Shown: positions 30,331 through 41,648, counted from the stretch's first letter. The stretch: DNA of 64,000 nt from an uncultured bacterium (GCA_965612735.1 CBFDSV010000004.1:8826-72825); one strand, 5' to 3'. Notes: generated from the letters alone by a model not told the origin. Translations and numbers: made by a program.

Positions 30331-31617
30331 TTATCCCCCGTCCCTGGAGAGGAGGGATTTGAGTTTTTCGCCTGCTTTTCTTATATTTATCATGTCGTTT
30401 CCATCTAAAAATGTGAATTCTCCCTCCATGTATATAATCCTTCCATTGGAAATTGTGATGTATGAGGATTCGGGTATGAGTCCAAAAATCAGGTGATATA
30501 TGATTGATTCTGGTGTTTCAGGGATTGAAGCAGGAATATAGTCAAACACAACAATATCGGCAAGGTTTCCCTCTTTAATTTCACCTGTATCAGGGAAGAA
30601 TTTCTTCAGTATCCGTGCAGACCTTTTGAAGAATATATTGTAGAGTTCTGATGGGTCTTCGTCCTTCCCCTTTCCAGACAGATAAAGTGCCTTCAACGAC
30701 AATACAACGCTTGAACCAAAACCATCAGTGCCAAGAACAAAGTCCTTTATTCTATCCCTGTTTATCAGTCCAACCCTGTTGTTCAGATTCGAATGGGGGT
30801 TTGAGACAACAATGGGATTTACATCTTCAAGAATCCTGTAGTCCTCTTCAGAAAGATGTATGCAGTGTGCAAGGATACTTCTTTCATCAAGGAGACCATG
30901 GGAGTGCAACCTATGGAGTATCCCACTGTAACCTTTTTCAAGTGCATATTCAAGGTCTATTCTGTCCTCACCACAGTGTATATGGATTGGCATTTTCTCT
31001 GGTCTTTCCTTTGAAATTCTATCGAGTGTTTTTTCGGACAATGTAAAGTTTGCATGAAGGCCAAACACACCCCTTATATATCTGTCATCCCGATGTTTCT
31101 CAAAGAATTCAATGTTTTCTGCTATATGCTCCTCAACATTCCCCCTGTCTGATGTCTCAAAGCAGAGCACCCCTTTTATTCCTGCCTTTTTTAAAACCCC
31201 CTCAATGATGGATAGTGATCCTTTTACATATCCCATTGAGGCGTGGTGGTCAAAGATTGTTGTTACCCCTGATTTTACACCCTGTAAAATACCGTTCAAT
31301 GCAGAATAATAGATTGTCTCTTCATCAAGCACCCTGTCCAGTCTCCACCAGAGGTTCTCAAGTATCTCCCTGAAGTTCCTCATCGGTGATTTTGTCCCGA
31401 TACCCGGGGCAAGTGAGGAGTAAAGGTGGTGGTGGAAATTCACAATCCCTGGAAGTATCAGTCTCCCTCCAGCATCAACGGTTTCCTCAAACTCCTTCTT
31501 TATTCCACTGGAGGAGGCCACCCTGACAATCCTCTCACCCTCAATCCCTATCCCACCATCAGGAATGACCTTATCCCCTGCAAGTATTACACCACCTGTT
31601 ATTCCCCATTTTTTCAT
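30331..31617 (-). CDS. Metal-dependent amidohydrolase, SsnA-like (nucleobase/nucleoside deaminase superfamily)
   Basis: PGIVNFHHHLYS, LWWRLD, GVTTIFDHH, GLHA, HIHCGE, AHCIH, LGTDG. Confidence 0.85.
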   Translation of the reverse strand: MKKWGITGGVILAGDKVIPDGGIGIEGERIVRVASSSGIKKEFEETVDAGGRLILPGIVNFHHHLYSSLAPGIGTKSPMRNFREILENLWWRLDRVLDEETIYYSALNGILQGVKSGVTTIFDHHASMGYVKGSLSIIEGVLKKAGIKGVLCFETSDRGNVEEHIAENIEFFEKHRDDRYIRGVFGLHANFTLSEKTLDRISKERPEKMPIHIHCGEDRIDLEYALEKGYSGILHRLHSHGLLDERSILAHCIHLSEEDYRILEDVNPIVVSNPHSNLNNRVGLINRDRIKDFVLGTDGFGSSVVLSLKALYLSGKGKDEDPSELYNIFFKRSARILKKFFPDTGEIKEGNLADIVVFDYIPASIPETPESIIYHLIFGLIPESSYITISNGRIIYMEGEFTFLDGNDMINIRKAGEKLKSLLSRDGG

Positions 31618-33960
31618 TTATTTCACCTTCATTGCCAGTTTTAGTGCCTGGTCAACATTCTCCACATAGTGAAATTTCATGCCCTTCCTCTGTCTGGCGG
31701 GAATCATCTTTACATCCTTCCTGTTCTCTTCGGGAAGAATAACATGGTTTATACCCGCCATCTTTGCTGCAAGAACCTTCTCTTTTATTCCACCCACTGG
31801 CAACACCTCTCCCCTCAGTGTAATCTCCCCTGTCATTGCAATGTCTGTTCTCACTGGCTTCTCTGAAAGCACGGAGACCACTGCTACGCACATAGTTATC
31901 CCTGCAGACGGTCCATCCTTCGGGATAGCACCTTCAGGAATGTGTATATGTATATCATATTTATCAAAGAAGTTCGGGTCTATGCCAAATTTCTTTGCAT
32001 TTGACCTTATGTAGGAAAGGCCTGCCTGAGCAGATTCCTGCATCACATCGCCCAGTTGACCTGTGAGTATAAGATTCCTCTTCCCCTTCATCTTTGTTGC
32101 CTCAACAAAGAGAATATCTCCACCAAATGGTGTCCAGGCAAGACCTGTTGCCACACCAATCCTGGGCTTTTCAAGCCTCTTCTCCTTTGGATACCTGATT
32201 GGTCCAAGATATTTCTCTATATCATCCACATCAACACTGAATGGGCCTTTATCACCCATTGTTATCCTTTTTGCAACCTTCCTTGCAATCTTCCCGATCT
32301 CCCTTTCAAGGTTTCTGACACCCGCCTCCCTCGTGTACCTTGTGATTATATGGACTATTGCATCATCAGTGATTTCAAGGTCTTTCCTGGAAAGTCCATT
32401 CTCCTTTATCTGCCTTGGCAACAGGTATTTTCTGGCAATTTTCAATTTATCATCCACTGTGTATCCAGGTATGCTGATAACCTCCATCCTGTCAAGGAGT
32501 GCAGGTGGTATGGTGTGGGTAACATTCGCAGTGGTGATGAACATCACACGGGAAAGGTCAAAGGGTACATCAAGGTAGTGGTCCATGAAGGTGTTGTTCT
32601 GCTCAGGGTCAAGCACCTCAAGGAGTGCACTTGCAGGGTCTCCTCTGAAATCCATACCAATCTTGTCAACCTCATCAAGCATGAACACAGGGTTCTTTGA
32701 GCCTGCCCTTCTTATGCTCTGGATTATCCTCCCTGGTAACGCACCCACATATGTCCTTCTGTGTCCCCTTATCTCTGCCTCATCCTTCACACCACCAAGG
32801 GACATCCTTATAAACTTTCTTCCCAGTGCCCTTGCAATAGACCTTCCAAGGGATGTCTTCCCAACACCAGGAGGTCCAACAAAACAGAGTATTGGACCTT
32901 TTGAATCCTTTTTCAATTTTCTCACTGCAAGGAATTCAAGTATCCTTTCCTTCACATCCTGCAGGTCATAGTGGTCTGCATCAAGTATCCTCTTTGCCCT
33001 CTTTATATCAAGGTTATCCTCGGTTTCTTTACTCCAGGGCAATTCAATGAGCCAGTCAAGGTATGTTCTTATAACCGTGTATTCTGCTGCCTGGGGAGGC
33101 ATCATCTTCATCCTGTCAAGTTCCTTCAGTGCAACCTTCTTAACCTCCTCCGGCATACCTGCCTTTTCAATCCTTTCAGAGAGTTCCTTAAACTCTGCCT
33201 CTCTCTCATCCTCCTCACCAAGTTCCTTTTTTATTGCCTTCAATTGCTCCCTGAGGAGATACTCCCTCTGTGCCTTTTCCATTTCATTCTTTATCTTGTT
33301 CCTCAGTTCTTCACCAAGTTTCAGAACATCCAGTTCCTTTGTAAGGATGGCAAGTATCTTTTTCAGTCTCTCCTTCACATCAAGGGTCTCAAGTATCTCC
33401 TGCCTCTGTTCTGTTTCCATTTTTGTGTTGGTTGCAATGAAGTCTGCCAGTCGTGCAGGGTCTTCTATGTTCATCACAACCGCTGAAAGTTCCTCTGGAA
33501 GATACGGGGAGAGGTTTACAAGTTCCTGATACACCCTCACAATGTCCTTTGCAAGTGCCTCAAGTTCCATGTCCTTCTTCACAATCTCCTTCAGTATCTC
33601 AATCTCTGCAACATAGTACGGGTCATTGGAAACAAACTCCTTTATCCTGAACCTTTCAAGCCCCTTCACAAGGATTCTCAAACTTCCATCAGGAAGCCTG
33701 AACATCCTGAATATAACCCCTGCTGTCCCCACCCTGTAAAGGTTTTCAGGTGAAGGAAATTCCTCTTCCCCTTTCTGTAAGACAAGCCCTATTATCTTGT
33801 CGCTGTTCAGGGCATCATCCACAAGTTTTATATTCCTCGGAAGTGTGATTGCCATGGGATTCAATATATGTGGAAAGGCAACTGCATCCCTCAATGGGAG
33901 TACAGGGATTCGTGACGGTATCCTTATTTCTTCCTTTTCAAGGCTGAGTTCCATCTCCAT
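31618..33960 (-). CDS. lon: ATP-dependent protease La (LonA)
   Basis: PVLPLRD N-domain, [40 protein letters not shown]. Confidence 0.97.
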   Translation of the reverse strand: MEMELSLEKEEIRIPSRIPVLPLRDAVAFPHILNPMAITLPRNIKLVDDALNSDKIIGLVLQKGEEEFPSPENLYRVGTAGVIFRMFRLPDGSLRILVKGLERFRIKEFVSNDPYYVAEIEILKEIVKKDMELEALAKDIVRVYQELVNLSPYLPEELSAVVMNIEDPARLADFIATNTKMETEQRQEILETLDVKERLKKILAILTKELDVLKLGEELRNKIKNEMEKAQREYLLREQLKAIKKELGEEDEREAEFKELSERIEKAGMPEEVKKVALKELDRMKMMPPQAAEYTVIRTYLDWLIELPWSKETEDNLDIKRAKRILDADHYDLQDVKERILEFLAVRKLKKDSKGPILCFVGPPGVGKTSLGRSIARALGRKFIRMSLGGVKDEAEIRGHRRTYVGALPGRIIQSIRRAGSKNPVFMLDEVDKIGMDFRGDPASALLEVLDPEQNNTFMDHYLDVPFDLSRVMFITTANVTHTIPPALLDRMEVISIPGYTVDDKLKIARKYLLPRQIKENGLSRKDLEITDDAIVHIITRYTREAGVRNLEREIGKIARKVAKRITMGDKGPFSVDVDDIEKYLGPIRYPKEKRLEKPRIGVATGLAWTPFGGDILFVEATKMKGKRNLILTGQLGDVMQESAQAGLSYIRSNAKKFGIDPNFFDKYDIHIHIPEGAIPKDGPSAGITMCVAVVSVLSEKPVRTDIAMTGEITLRGEVLPVGGIKEKVLAAKMAGINHVILPEENRKDVKMIPARQRKGMKFHYVENVDQALKLAMKVK

Positions 33961-33973
33961 ATTTTCCTCCTTT

Positions 33974-34393
33974 TTATTCCACCTCTATAATTCTCTCCAC
34001 CTTCACCTTCTTTGGAAGATAGACCTTTAAGAATCCGTTCTCTGTCTCAACCCTTGCCCCTGTGTATTCAACCTCCACAGGAAGCCTTATCACCCTTTCA
34101 AATGCTCCAAAGTCAATCTCCATCACATAGAAGTTTTTACCGCTCTCCTTGAAGGGGTCTCTCCTTATACCCCTTATCACAAGGTTATTCCCCTCAAGCA
34201 TGATTTTTATATCCTCTGATGAAACACCCGCTGCCTCAATAAGGACAACAAGGTTTTCCTCTGTCTCAAAAACATTCACAGATGGGTTCCACTGGTGATG
34301 GTATGAAACAGGGTGCCTTGGATGGAGAAAACTCTCAAGCAGGAGTTCCATCTCCCTCTCAAACTTCTTCATTTCATCAAATATATCACCCAT
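33974..34393 (-). CDS. Hsp20/alpha-crystallin small heat-shock protein
   Basis: [28 protein letters not shown]; directly upstream of lon. Confidence 0.9.
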   Translation of the reverse strand: MGDIFDEMKKFEREMELLLESFLHPRHPVSYHHQWNPSVNVFETEENLVVLIEAAGVSSEDIKIMLEGNNLVIRGIRRDPFKESGKNFYVMEIDFGAFERVIRLPVEVEYTGARVETENGFLKVYLPKKVKVERIIEVE

Positions 34394-35126
34394 GATACCT
34401 CCTTATTTTTATCCTGTCACCTATCTTACCTTTGAAAAAAGCCTCTGCACTACCCTGATTTATTCCTATCTCAAGAAGACCATAACTGTTGACCAGTGCA
34501 AGGGGTTTACCCGGTTCAACATCTGAGTATGACATCACAATCGGTATCTCATATCCCCGGTATTCAACAAAATCGCCTTCTCCTATATTATCAGAGGGTA
34601 TGTTTGTTATGAGGTTTCCAAATCTGTCAATGATTATCACCTCTCCTGTGATATTATCCTGATTAACAACAGGAACAGGAAAATTAATCCTGACAGGGTC
34701 ATATATCCTTTCTCCTATCTTCTCCAGAGGCTCTCCCAGTAATAATTCACCCGCAACAGGTGAAAACACATCCCTTCCATGAAATGTGTGCGATGCTGGT
34801 TCTCTATCTATCCTATAGACCTCACCAAGCACAGGTGTTAAAACCCCATTGTCAGGGGCAACAAAGTAGTGCCCTTTATACAGACTCACAATTCCCCGTC
34901 TCTCACTTCCAACAGTTGGGTCAACAACAATAAGATGCACTGTTCCTTCAGGGAAGTAAAAGGGGTAGTATTTGAGGAAGAATGCAGCACGTCTGATATC
35001 TCCATGGGGAATTTCATGGGTAATGTCCACAATGTGGGTATCCACCATGGAGAGCACCACGCCCTTCATAATACCCACATATGGGTCTTTGTTCCCAAAA
35101 TCTGTAAGTAGTGTAAGGATTCTCAT
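34386..35126 (-). CDS. SAM hydrolase / SAM-dependent halogenase family protein (DUF62)
   Basis: LLTDFG, DITH, VVDPTVGSER, APDNG, TFHGRDVF, IDRFGNLITN. Confidence 0.9.
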   Translation of the reverse strand: MRILTLLTDFGNKDPYVGIMKGVVLSMVDTHIVDITHEIPHGDIRRAAFFLKYYPFYFPEGTVHLIVVDPTVGSERRGIVSLYKGHYFVAPDNGVLTPVLGEVYRIDREPASHTFHGRDVFSPVAGELLLGEPLEKIGERIYDPVRINFPVPVVNQDNITGEVIIIDRFGNLITNIPSDNIGEGDFVEYRGYEIPIVMSYSDVEPGKPLALVNSYGLLEIGINQGSAEAFFKGKIGDRIKIRRYHG

Positions 35127-35130
35127 ACTC

Positions 35131-35796
35131 TTAATATATATGCAATTTTTCAGGTGGCAAGAAGGAAATTATAAGCAGGATTATACCTATACTGAAAATC
35201 AGCAGGTTAAACCCACCACCAGCGTAAGAACTGAACCCATGAATTCCTGATGTTAAGAGTATCTTAACAGGGATGAATATGAAGGAAAGCAACAGGATAA
35301 ATACAGAGAGAAGAAAGAGGTAAAGTTGAAGACTTGAAAATGTGAGCCCTTTATAAAGGTAGAATATCGCTCCAATGATGAAGATGGAAGAGACCATAAC
35401 CGGTGCATATACTGGTGCAATCCATGGAATGGGTATGAGGAAAAGAATATCATACTCCACCAGACCTGAGGGCCAGTTTATCAGTAACTTCAGAAAGAGA
35501 TAATAGGTAATATCCCATATACCAAAGAGAAGTATGAAGATAAAGGGAACCTCTCTCAATTTTCTGGAGATGGCAAAACTTGCACCTGATAAAAACACTA
35601 TGGTGGCTATCTCTCTGTAAACCTCTGTTCTGTATATGTGAGGACTCATGGGTTTTAATGGAAAAAGGGAATGAATTCCTGGATAGAATAGTTCTCTCAG
35701 GTAAACAACACATACCGCCTCTATAAACCCAAAGGCAATGCCTGTAAAGAGTATGGAGAGAAAAACACGCGGGAGTTCATCCCTTTTCATATTCAA
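35131..35796 (-). CDS. Hypothetical integral membrane protein (~6 TM)
   Basis: EAVCVVYLR, REIAT, WDITYY, DILFLIPIPW; hydrophobic throughout; start TTG 35796 or ATG 35790. Confidence 0.7.
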   Translation of the reverse strand: MNMKRDELPRVFLSILFTGIAFGFIEAVCVVYLRELFYPGIHSLFPLKPMSPHIYRTEVYREIATIVFLSGASFAISRKLREVPFIFILLFGIWDITYYLFLKLLINWPSGLVEYDILFLIPIPWIAPVYAPVMVSSIFIIGAIFYLYKGLTFSSLQLYLFLLSVFILLLSFIFIPVKILLTSGIHGFSSYAGGGFNLLIFSIGIILLIISFLPPEKLHIY

Positions 35797-37715
35797 TAGG
35801 GGAGAATTTCAAATATTGTGATTTCTTCTGTTTTGCCCCTGAGCCTGACCTTCCCCAGATTCCTGAAGTTGTACTCTTCTTTTAACTGCTTCATTGTGAA
35901 TTCGGAAATCAGGATGTTTGTCCTGTAATCCTTGTTAAGTGGTTCTATCCTTGCAGCGGTGTTCACAGTATCACCGATTGCTGTGTATTCCATTCTGAGG
36001 GTTGAACCCACATTACCCACAATTGCAATACCTGTGTTTATGCCAATACCTATCTCAAATGTTCTGCCCTTCTCCTTCATCCATTCCCTGTTTATATCCC
36101 TTGCCTTTTTCACCATTTCAACAGCAGCGGCAACTGCCTTATCGGCATGACCTGGATACTGGATGGGAGCACCAAATATTGCCATTATTCCATCACCCAT
36201 AAACTTATCAATCATTCCATTGTGTTTGAATATGATTTTTGACATCTCTTCAAAATACTCATTCAACTCTTTGACAACCTCTTCTGGATAACTGCTCTCC
36301 ACATAACCCGTGTAGTTCCTTATATCACAGAACAGGACAGTAATCTCCCTTCTCTCACCCTTTATTGTTATGTCCTTGCTCTTAATAATCTTATCCACAA
36401 TCTCAGGTGGCACATACCTTGAGAATGTCTCCTTAAGTTTCCTCCTCTCAAACTCTATGGTGGAAAGCCTGACCCTGAGCCCAATCAAAAAACTGAAGAC
36501 CATACCAAGTAGTGGTCTGAATACCTCAACCATTAACAGTTTCCCCATGAATAAGAAAAAGGATAGAATGAGATAACCAGCAAGCATGAATACAAGAAGT
36601 GCAACTGAGCCACCTGTGGGCATCCTGTAGGCAATAAGGACAAGGAGGAATATAAGGATAAAACCAACAAGGTAATTCAAAAATGGTTCAACCACATGAA
36701 CAAAGTCTCCCCTTAAAATATCTGATATTGTGTTTGCATGGATTTCAACGCCTGGAAGTGAAGCAAAGAAGGGAACGGGTCTTATATCCGATAGACCGGA
36801 GACGGATGTCCCGAACAGGACAATCTTTCCTGTAAAGAAATCTTCAGGCACCCTTCCTGAAAACACATCACTGAATGATACATACTCAAATGTCCTGAAA
36901 CCTCCCCTGTAATTCACATATACATCCCCATTTGAATTTATCCTGATGTCCTTTCCACCTATGGAGATATACCCATTATGCAGTGTATATCCGTTTGAGA
37001 TAACCGATACAACAGCAAGTGGAAAGGATGGAAGGAGTTTTCCCCGATAGTTAAAAACAAGGGGAACCCTCCTTATCACACCATCAGGGTCTGGATGCAT
37101 ATTTATGATGCCTGGTTTTGCTCCTGCAATAATCAGGCCATCTATGGGTGAAATAAACCCAGGATAGACAGGTGAAAGCCACTCAGGTGCATCAGGAAGT
37201 TTCAGCAGTTTCAATGTTGCATCGCTTATATTTGTAATGGTATCATTTGTGAGCATGCCTGCAAAAACAGGGTTTCCTGCCTTTTCCACGGATAAAATAA
37301 GGTATCTGTCAAATGAGAGGTATGAGAGCACTGAATCAACCAGATAATCCTTTTTTAATGTTGATAAAAGGAAGGTTCTATAAATGTTTCTCATAATACC
37401 AGGCAATGTATCAGGTTCAGTGAATAGAAAGTCTATACCGATAACAAGTGGTTTCTGTAAGGATATTGCGTCAATCACCTTTGAAAAGTTGTATCTTGGC
37501 CAATCATAGAACCTTCCAAGTTCCTTTAAGGACTTTTCATCAACATCCACTATGACTATGTCAGGAATCCTTTTGTTTTCAACATTAAGATACATCCTGA
37601 TGTCGTAGAACTTTCTTTCAATGGGTTTATAAAGAACCGGAAAAAACTCCCCAAGAGGGAATATTACAATGAAAACAACCAGACTGATTATTAGAACCTT
37701 AAAGATATCTTTCAT
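35793..37715 (-). CDS. CHASE2-domain membrane adenylate/guanylate cyclase (class III)
   Basis: IVIVDVDE, WPR, DPDGVIRR, PGVEIHA (CHASE2); 3 TM; FCDIRNYT, DKFMGDG, YTAIGDTVNTAARIE. Confidence 0.93.
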   Translation of the reverse strand: MKDIFKVLIISLVVFIVIFPLGEFFPVLYKPIERKFYDIRMYLNVENKRIPDIVIVDVDEKSLKELGRFYDWPRYNFSKVIDAISLQKPLVIGIDFLFTEPDTLPGIMRNIYRTFLLSTLKKDYLVDSVLSYLSFDRYLILSVEKAGNPVFAGMLTNDTITNISDATLKLLKLPDAPEWLSPVYPGFISPIDGLIIAGAKPGIINMHPDPDGVIRRVPLVFNYRGKLLPSFPLAVVSVISNGYTLHNGYISIGGKDIRINSNGDVYVNYRGGFRTFEYVSFSDVFSGRVPEDFFTGKIVLFGTSVSGLSDIRPVPFFASLPGVEIHANTISDILRGDFVHVVEPFLNYLVGFILIFLLVLIAYRMPTGGSVALLVFMLAGYLILSFFLFMGKLLMVEVFRPLLGMVFSFLIGLRVRLSTIEFERRKLKETFSRYVPPEIVDKIIKSKDITIKGERREITVLFCDIRNYTGYVESSYPEEVVKELNEYFEEMSKIIFKHNGMIDKFMGDGIMAIFGAPIQYPGHADKAVAAAVEMVKKARDINREWMKEKGRTFEIGIGINTGIAIVGNVGSTLRMEYTAIGDTVNTAARIEPLNKDYRTNILISEFTMKQLKEEYNFRNLGKVRLRGKTEEITIFEILPY

Positions 37716-37722
37716 TTGGGAT

Positions 37723-37751
37723 ATTATGACATGCTCTTAACCATATGTCAA
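37723..37751 (-). promoter_or_regulatory. Putative promoter for the cyclase operon (leaderless)
   Basis: TTGACA-17-CATAAT-7 nt-ATG. Confidence 0.6.
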
Positions 37752-37789
37752 GATATCTTAATTCTTTTAGACTTTTGTCAAACTTATGC

Positions 37790-40420
37790 CTATTGCATAG
37801 ATACATATTTTATTACTTTTGTCTCTTCAGAGGTTGTAAGCTTTATGAAGAAAAGGCCAGTGTGAAGATTCTCTCTGTTCCATTTAACACTATGGAGCCC
37901 TTTATTTTTATAGCCTTTATAAATCTCTTTCACAACTCTTCCAACAACGTCCAGGAGTTCAAGAGAAACGATACCGGATTTTTTCAACTGGAATAAAATC
38001 CTGTCTTTCTCAACCCAAAGTACCCCATTCGCATGTTTTTCCTGAATACCTGTCGGGTTCAATTTGTATCCCACAATCCAGTATTTAGTGGAATCCAGAA
38101 GAGAAACAATCCTTATAGTATCCCCACTTGAATCTACTCGTATCCTATTCTGGATGTCGTCACTTCTTATGTCATCACCAACCCCTGACTCAGCTACTTC
38201 AAGTTGCCCAGTGAAAAATCCTGAAGATGTATCAGATTCTACAAGACCAACAACTATCCCCTCTGGATAAATGCTTGACTTTACCAGAAGGCCTGCGGCA
38301 TCCATTAACCCAGAATTCCTGTCCTTACCAAAAAGTGATAGATACAAAATACATTCTTCACCTATAGAATCCACGCATGTTTCATAGAGAGAATCCGAGA
38401 AGGCTCTTACAGAATCAACTTTTTCAGGTTCCCCTGGCACTCCCACAACAAATGATGTATCTATGGGAAAAATGTATGCTGGTCCAATAACCAGAGATTC
38501 AACCGTTTGAGAATCCACTGTCCACCAGTAGTTATTCTGTAATAAAATTGAATCAGAAGAATTATTCAGTATTTCAACATCTTTTTGGTATGTATTAAAA
38601 TAAAGATTACAATTTTCAAGCACAACGGTTGAATCAGTATCCGCATCAGTACTTACATAGAGAACACCTGAGTTTACATCCAATGTGCTACCATTATCAA
38701 GAATAAGTGAATTTCTGATAATGAGTGCTGAATGGGTTGTATCTCCAAATGCACCGCCTTTATTTCCCTTGTTTCTTACAAAGATGGAATAACTGGCCGT
38801 TACCAGGGAAGAATCACTTACAACGATTGCACCACCTCCTGAACCACCATTATTCCCTTCAAAGAGACATTTATTTAGATATGCTTCAGCACGAAGATTT
38901 AAGCATAAACCGCCTCCTCCACCATTGGCACTGTTGTTTCTAAAAACGTCAAGAAATGAATTTATACCAGCATCCTGATACACAAGTATTCCTCCACCAT
39001 TCAAAAATGTAGTATTTCCATATACTTTGTTAAAACTGAGTTCAGGGTAAGAATTGAACTGGATAAACATTGCACCACCGTATAGGTAAGAGGAATTTCC
39101 AATTATTTTGTTACCTGAAATAACAGGATTACTGTAATTGTCAATATAAAGGCCACCTCCATAATAGCTGGCAGTATTGTCCCTGATGTAATTTGAATCT
39201 ATTTCAGGAGAAGCGTGATTGTAGACAAATATACCCCCTCCTGCTATACCTGCTGAATTATTTTCAATGATATTCCCTTTAATAGTAGGGGACGTATACC
39301 CATATACAAATATCCCACCACCAAGAGAATCCACCTGATTATTCTCAATCCTGTTTCCTATCACACTTATCCCTATGGAGTAACTAAATCCAATACCACC
39401 GCCATTTCTGGCATCATTATTGTATATATTACAATATAAGATTTCAAAAGAACCTGTAGAATCTTGAAGGTCATTTGCATATATTCCACCGCCTATGTGA
39501 TTTTCGCTTGTATTAGAATAAATATTGCATCCTATTATGGTAAGATAAGAACTATCCGCTCTTATCCCTGCCCCATGGGAACCTGTTGTTTTGTTATCAT
39601 GGATATAACAGCTTTCCACAACAACACCAACACTATCAGAAATCCCTCTGAATCGGATTCCTCCTCCACCAAGAGTGTTCGCTTCATTAAAACAAAATGT
39701 ATCATTCTTAAAAAGACCACCTCCCACAAAGTAGACATTCATACCTCCGCCACCACTGGTAGCATAATTACTATCAAGCTTGGAGCCAGTCAACTCAACA
39801 TTTGAATATGTACCCAAATGGATACCTCCTCCAACCCTATTTGCTCTGTTATTTGTTATACGGCAGTTTTTAATAACAGGGGAGCAATCCCCCCAGATGT
39901 AAATACCTCCTCCATAATATTCTGCATAGTTATTTACTATTTTACAATTCTCTATGGTTGGAGAGAAATTATATATGTATATTCCACCTCCATTACCCCA
40001 TCTTCCTCCATACACATCCCTTGCCCAGCCATCCATGATTGTAAGACCAACAACCCTGGCCTCCTTTCTTAATGTCCCTCCTGAATATGCATAGAAGTAT
40101 ATAACATGATATGAAGAATCAGTCCCATCTTCACTTATCCCGCTAATGATGCAGGAGTCTCTATCCACACCCATCAGTACTACTGAATCTCTCATTACTA
40201 TACCCACGGAAGCATTAATGTTACCCAAATGATAAATACCGGGAGCCAGAAGAACAGTATCAATAACACCATTACTGGCAGCATGGGCATTAGCATTATC
40301 AATGGCTGTCTGTAGAGATTCTCCTTCATACCCGGTGGTGTCAACATACCAGATAAAACCATAAACATTTAGAGATAAAATAAATCCAAGGAATGAGAAA
40401 GAAAACCTTTTAACCATCAT
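37790..40420 (-). CDS. Secreted right-handed parallel beta-helix repeat protein with T9SS-like CTD
   Basis: Signal peptide; many N-x-A-x-x-GGGIY/F repeats; C-terminal LLDVVGRVV...GLFFIKL...KYV; SD AGGAG before ATG 40420. Confidence 0.82.
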   Translation of the reverse strand: MMVKRFSFSFLGFILSLNVYGFIWYVDTTGYEGESLQTAIDNANAHAASNGVIDTVLLAPGIYHLGNINASVGIVMRDSVVLMGVDRDSCIISGISEDGTDSSYHVIYFYAYSGGTLRKEARVVGLTIMDGWARDVYGGRWGNGGGIYIYNFSPTIENCKIVNNYAEYYGGGIYIWGDCSPVIKNCRITNNRANRVGGGIHLGTYSNVELTGSKLDSNYATSGGGGMNVYFVGGGLFKNDTFCFNEANTLGGGGIRFRGISDSVGVVVESCYIHDNKTTGSHGAGIRADSSYLTIIGCNIYSNTSENHIGGGIYANDLQDSTGSFEILYCNIYNNDARNGGGIGFSYSIGISVIGNRIENNQVDSLGGGIFVYGYTSPTIKGNIIENNSAGIAGGGIFVYNHASPEIDSNYIRDNTASYYGGGLYIDNYSNPVISGNKIIGNSSYLYGGAMFIQFNSYPELSFNKVYGNTTFLNGGGILVYQDAGINSFLDVFRNNSANGGGGGLCLNLRAEAYLNKCLFEGNNGGSGGGAIVVSDSSLVTASYSIFVRNKGNKGGAFGDTTHSALIIRNSLILDNGSTLDVNSGVLYVSTDADTDSTVVLENCNLYFNTYQKDVEILNNSSDSILLQNNYWWTVDSQTVESLVIGPAYIFPIDTSFVVGVPGEPEKVDSVRAFSDSLYETCVDSIGEECILYLSLFGKDRNSGLMDAAGLLVKSSIYPEGIVVGLVESDTSSGFFTGQLEVAESGVGDDIRSDDIQNRIRVDSSGDTIRIVSLLDSTKYWIVGYKLNPTGIQEKHANGVLWVEKDRILFQLKKSGIVSLELLDVVGRVVKEIYKGYKNKGLHSVKWNRENLHTGLFFIKLTTSEETKVIKYVSMQ

Positions 40421-40441
40421 AACCACTCCTTTTTTTAATAA

Positions 40442-40469
40442 ATTTTATCCAAAGATTTTCTTATGTCAA
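40442..40469 (-). promoter_or_regulatory. Putative promoter for the beta-helix gene
   Basis: TTGACA-16-TAAAAT. Confidence 0.55.
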
Positions 40470-40492
40470 CAAATGACTCTCCATATTTGACC

Positions 40493-41590
40493 TCAGGAAA
40501 GATAGATTCTTGGAAGCCTCTTTCCCATCCTTGATACAACCTCATAGGGAATTGTCTGTATGAGACCAGCAATATCCCAGGCACTTATGTTTTCACCCAG
40601 TATAAGGACTTCATCACCCACCCTTGCCTCGGGCACACCTGTCAGGTCAATCATTGTTGCATCCATTGTCACATTGCCAATAATGGATGCCCTCTTCCCA
40701 TGAACAACCATGTATCCCCTATTTGAAAGGTGCCTGTCATATCCATCAGCATACCCTATTGGAACAACGCCAACCCTGGTTGGCCTCTTTGCAATGAATG
40801 TCCTTGAATAACTCACAGAGTGTCCAGGTGGTATGGTCTTAATGAAGGAGATTTTACTTTTAACCCTCATCACAGGTCTGTAGGGAAGTTTCATACCTGG
40901 AATTGGGGGTATGCCGTAAAGCACAAGACCAAGCCTGTGGAGATTGAAGTTTTTCAGTTTTTCTGAATGATTCAGGAATGCTGCACTGTTTGCAATAGAT
41001 CTGTATTTCAATTTTATACCTATTGATTCAGCAATGTTGAGGAGATTATTGAAAAGCCCCAACTGTTCATCTGTGAACTCCGGGTCTGTGTCTGCTGATG
41101 GTAGATGGCTCATTGCACCTATCACAACTATATTATCAAGCCCCCTTGCTGTTTTCAGAAAGTAAATAAACTCCTCTGGTAGAACACCATACCTTCCCAT
41201 GCCAGTGTCCACCATCACCATAACTGGTATCTTCTTCTTCTGCCTCTCACCCTCCCTCTGCAGGGCAAAGAGAAAACCCCTTGAGCAAACTGTTGGTATA
41301 AGGTCAAAACGCACTATCTCCTCGACCCTCTCCTCAAGTTCCTGGGATAGTATCTGGATTGGTGAAGTAATCCCTGCATTTCTCAACTCAATCCCCTCCT
41401 CAACTATGCCAACACCAAGCCAGTCTGCACCTGCGGATATTGCCCTTATAGAGATTGCAACTGCGCCATGGCCATAGGCATCTGCCTTCACAACAGCCAT
41501 GAGGTGCTTATTATCACCTATGGTCTCCCTTGCCTTTCTTACATTCTCTTCAAAATCTGATAGATTTATTTCAACCCGTGATGGTCTCAT
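40493..41590 (-). CDS. alr: Alanine racemase
   Basis: AVVKADAYGHG, VDTGMGRYG, SHLPSAD, ANSA, GYADG, TIPYE. Confidence 0.96.
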   Translation of the reverse strand: MRPSRVEINLSDFEENVRKARETIGDNKHLMAVVKADAYGHGAVAISIRAISAGADWLGVGIVEEGIELRNAGITSPIQILSQELEERVEEIVRFDLIPTVCSRGFLFALQREGERQKKKIPVMVMVDTGMGRYGVLPEEFIYFLKTARGLDNIVVIGAMSHLPSADTDPEFTDEQLGLFNNLLNIAESIGIKLKYRSIANSAAFLNHSEKLKNFNLHRLGLVLYGIPPIPGMKLPYRPVMRVKSKISFIKTIPPGHSVSYSRTFIAKRPTRVGVVPIGYADGYDRHLSNRGYMVVHGKRASIIGNVTMDATMIDLTGVPEARVGDEVLILGENISAWDIAGLIQTIPYEVVSRMGKRLPRIYLS

Positions 41591-41596
41591 AGAGGG

Positions 41597-41624
41597 ATTA
41601 TAACACTTTATCCCTTGACATCAA
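41597..41624 (-). promoter_or_regulatory. Putative extended -10 promoter for alr (leaderless)
   Basis: TTGATG-16 nt-TATAAT with TGn extension, 6 nt before ATG. Confidence 0.55.
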
Positions 41625-41643
41625 TACCATAAGTGAATAAAAT
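41615..41643 (+). promoter_or_regulatory. Putative promoter for the lipoprotein gene (leaderless)
   Basis: TTGACA-17-TAAAAT-5 nt-ATG. Confidence 0.6.
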
Positions 41644-41648
41644 CTGGT

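Noticed and set aside
30248-30345. Inverted repeats and a TTGACA between convergent genes, as a possible mobile-element end or RNA gene
   Set aside because: Short and imperfect, with no well-spaced -10 box and no tRNA fold; most simply terminator sequence.
31652-33650. Many overlapping plus-strand ORFs (up to 214 aa) opposite lon
   Set aside because: Antisense shadows of a conserved gene, with no motifs or SDs; the same pattern occurs opposite most genes in the window.
34386-35126. Possible fluorinase/chlorinase
   Set aside because: It has the DFG / GSER / TFHGRD pattern of the widespread DUF62 SAM hydrolases and no secondary-metabolite context.
38700-40020. Periodic CC(A/T)CC repeats
   Set aside because: Gly-Gly-Gly codons of the beta-helix protein repeats; not an array.
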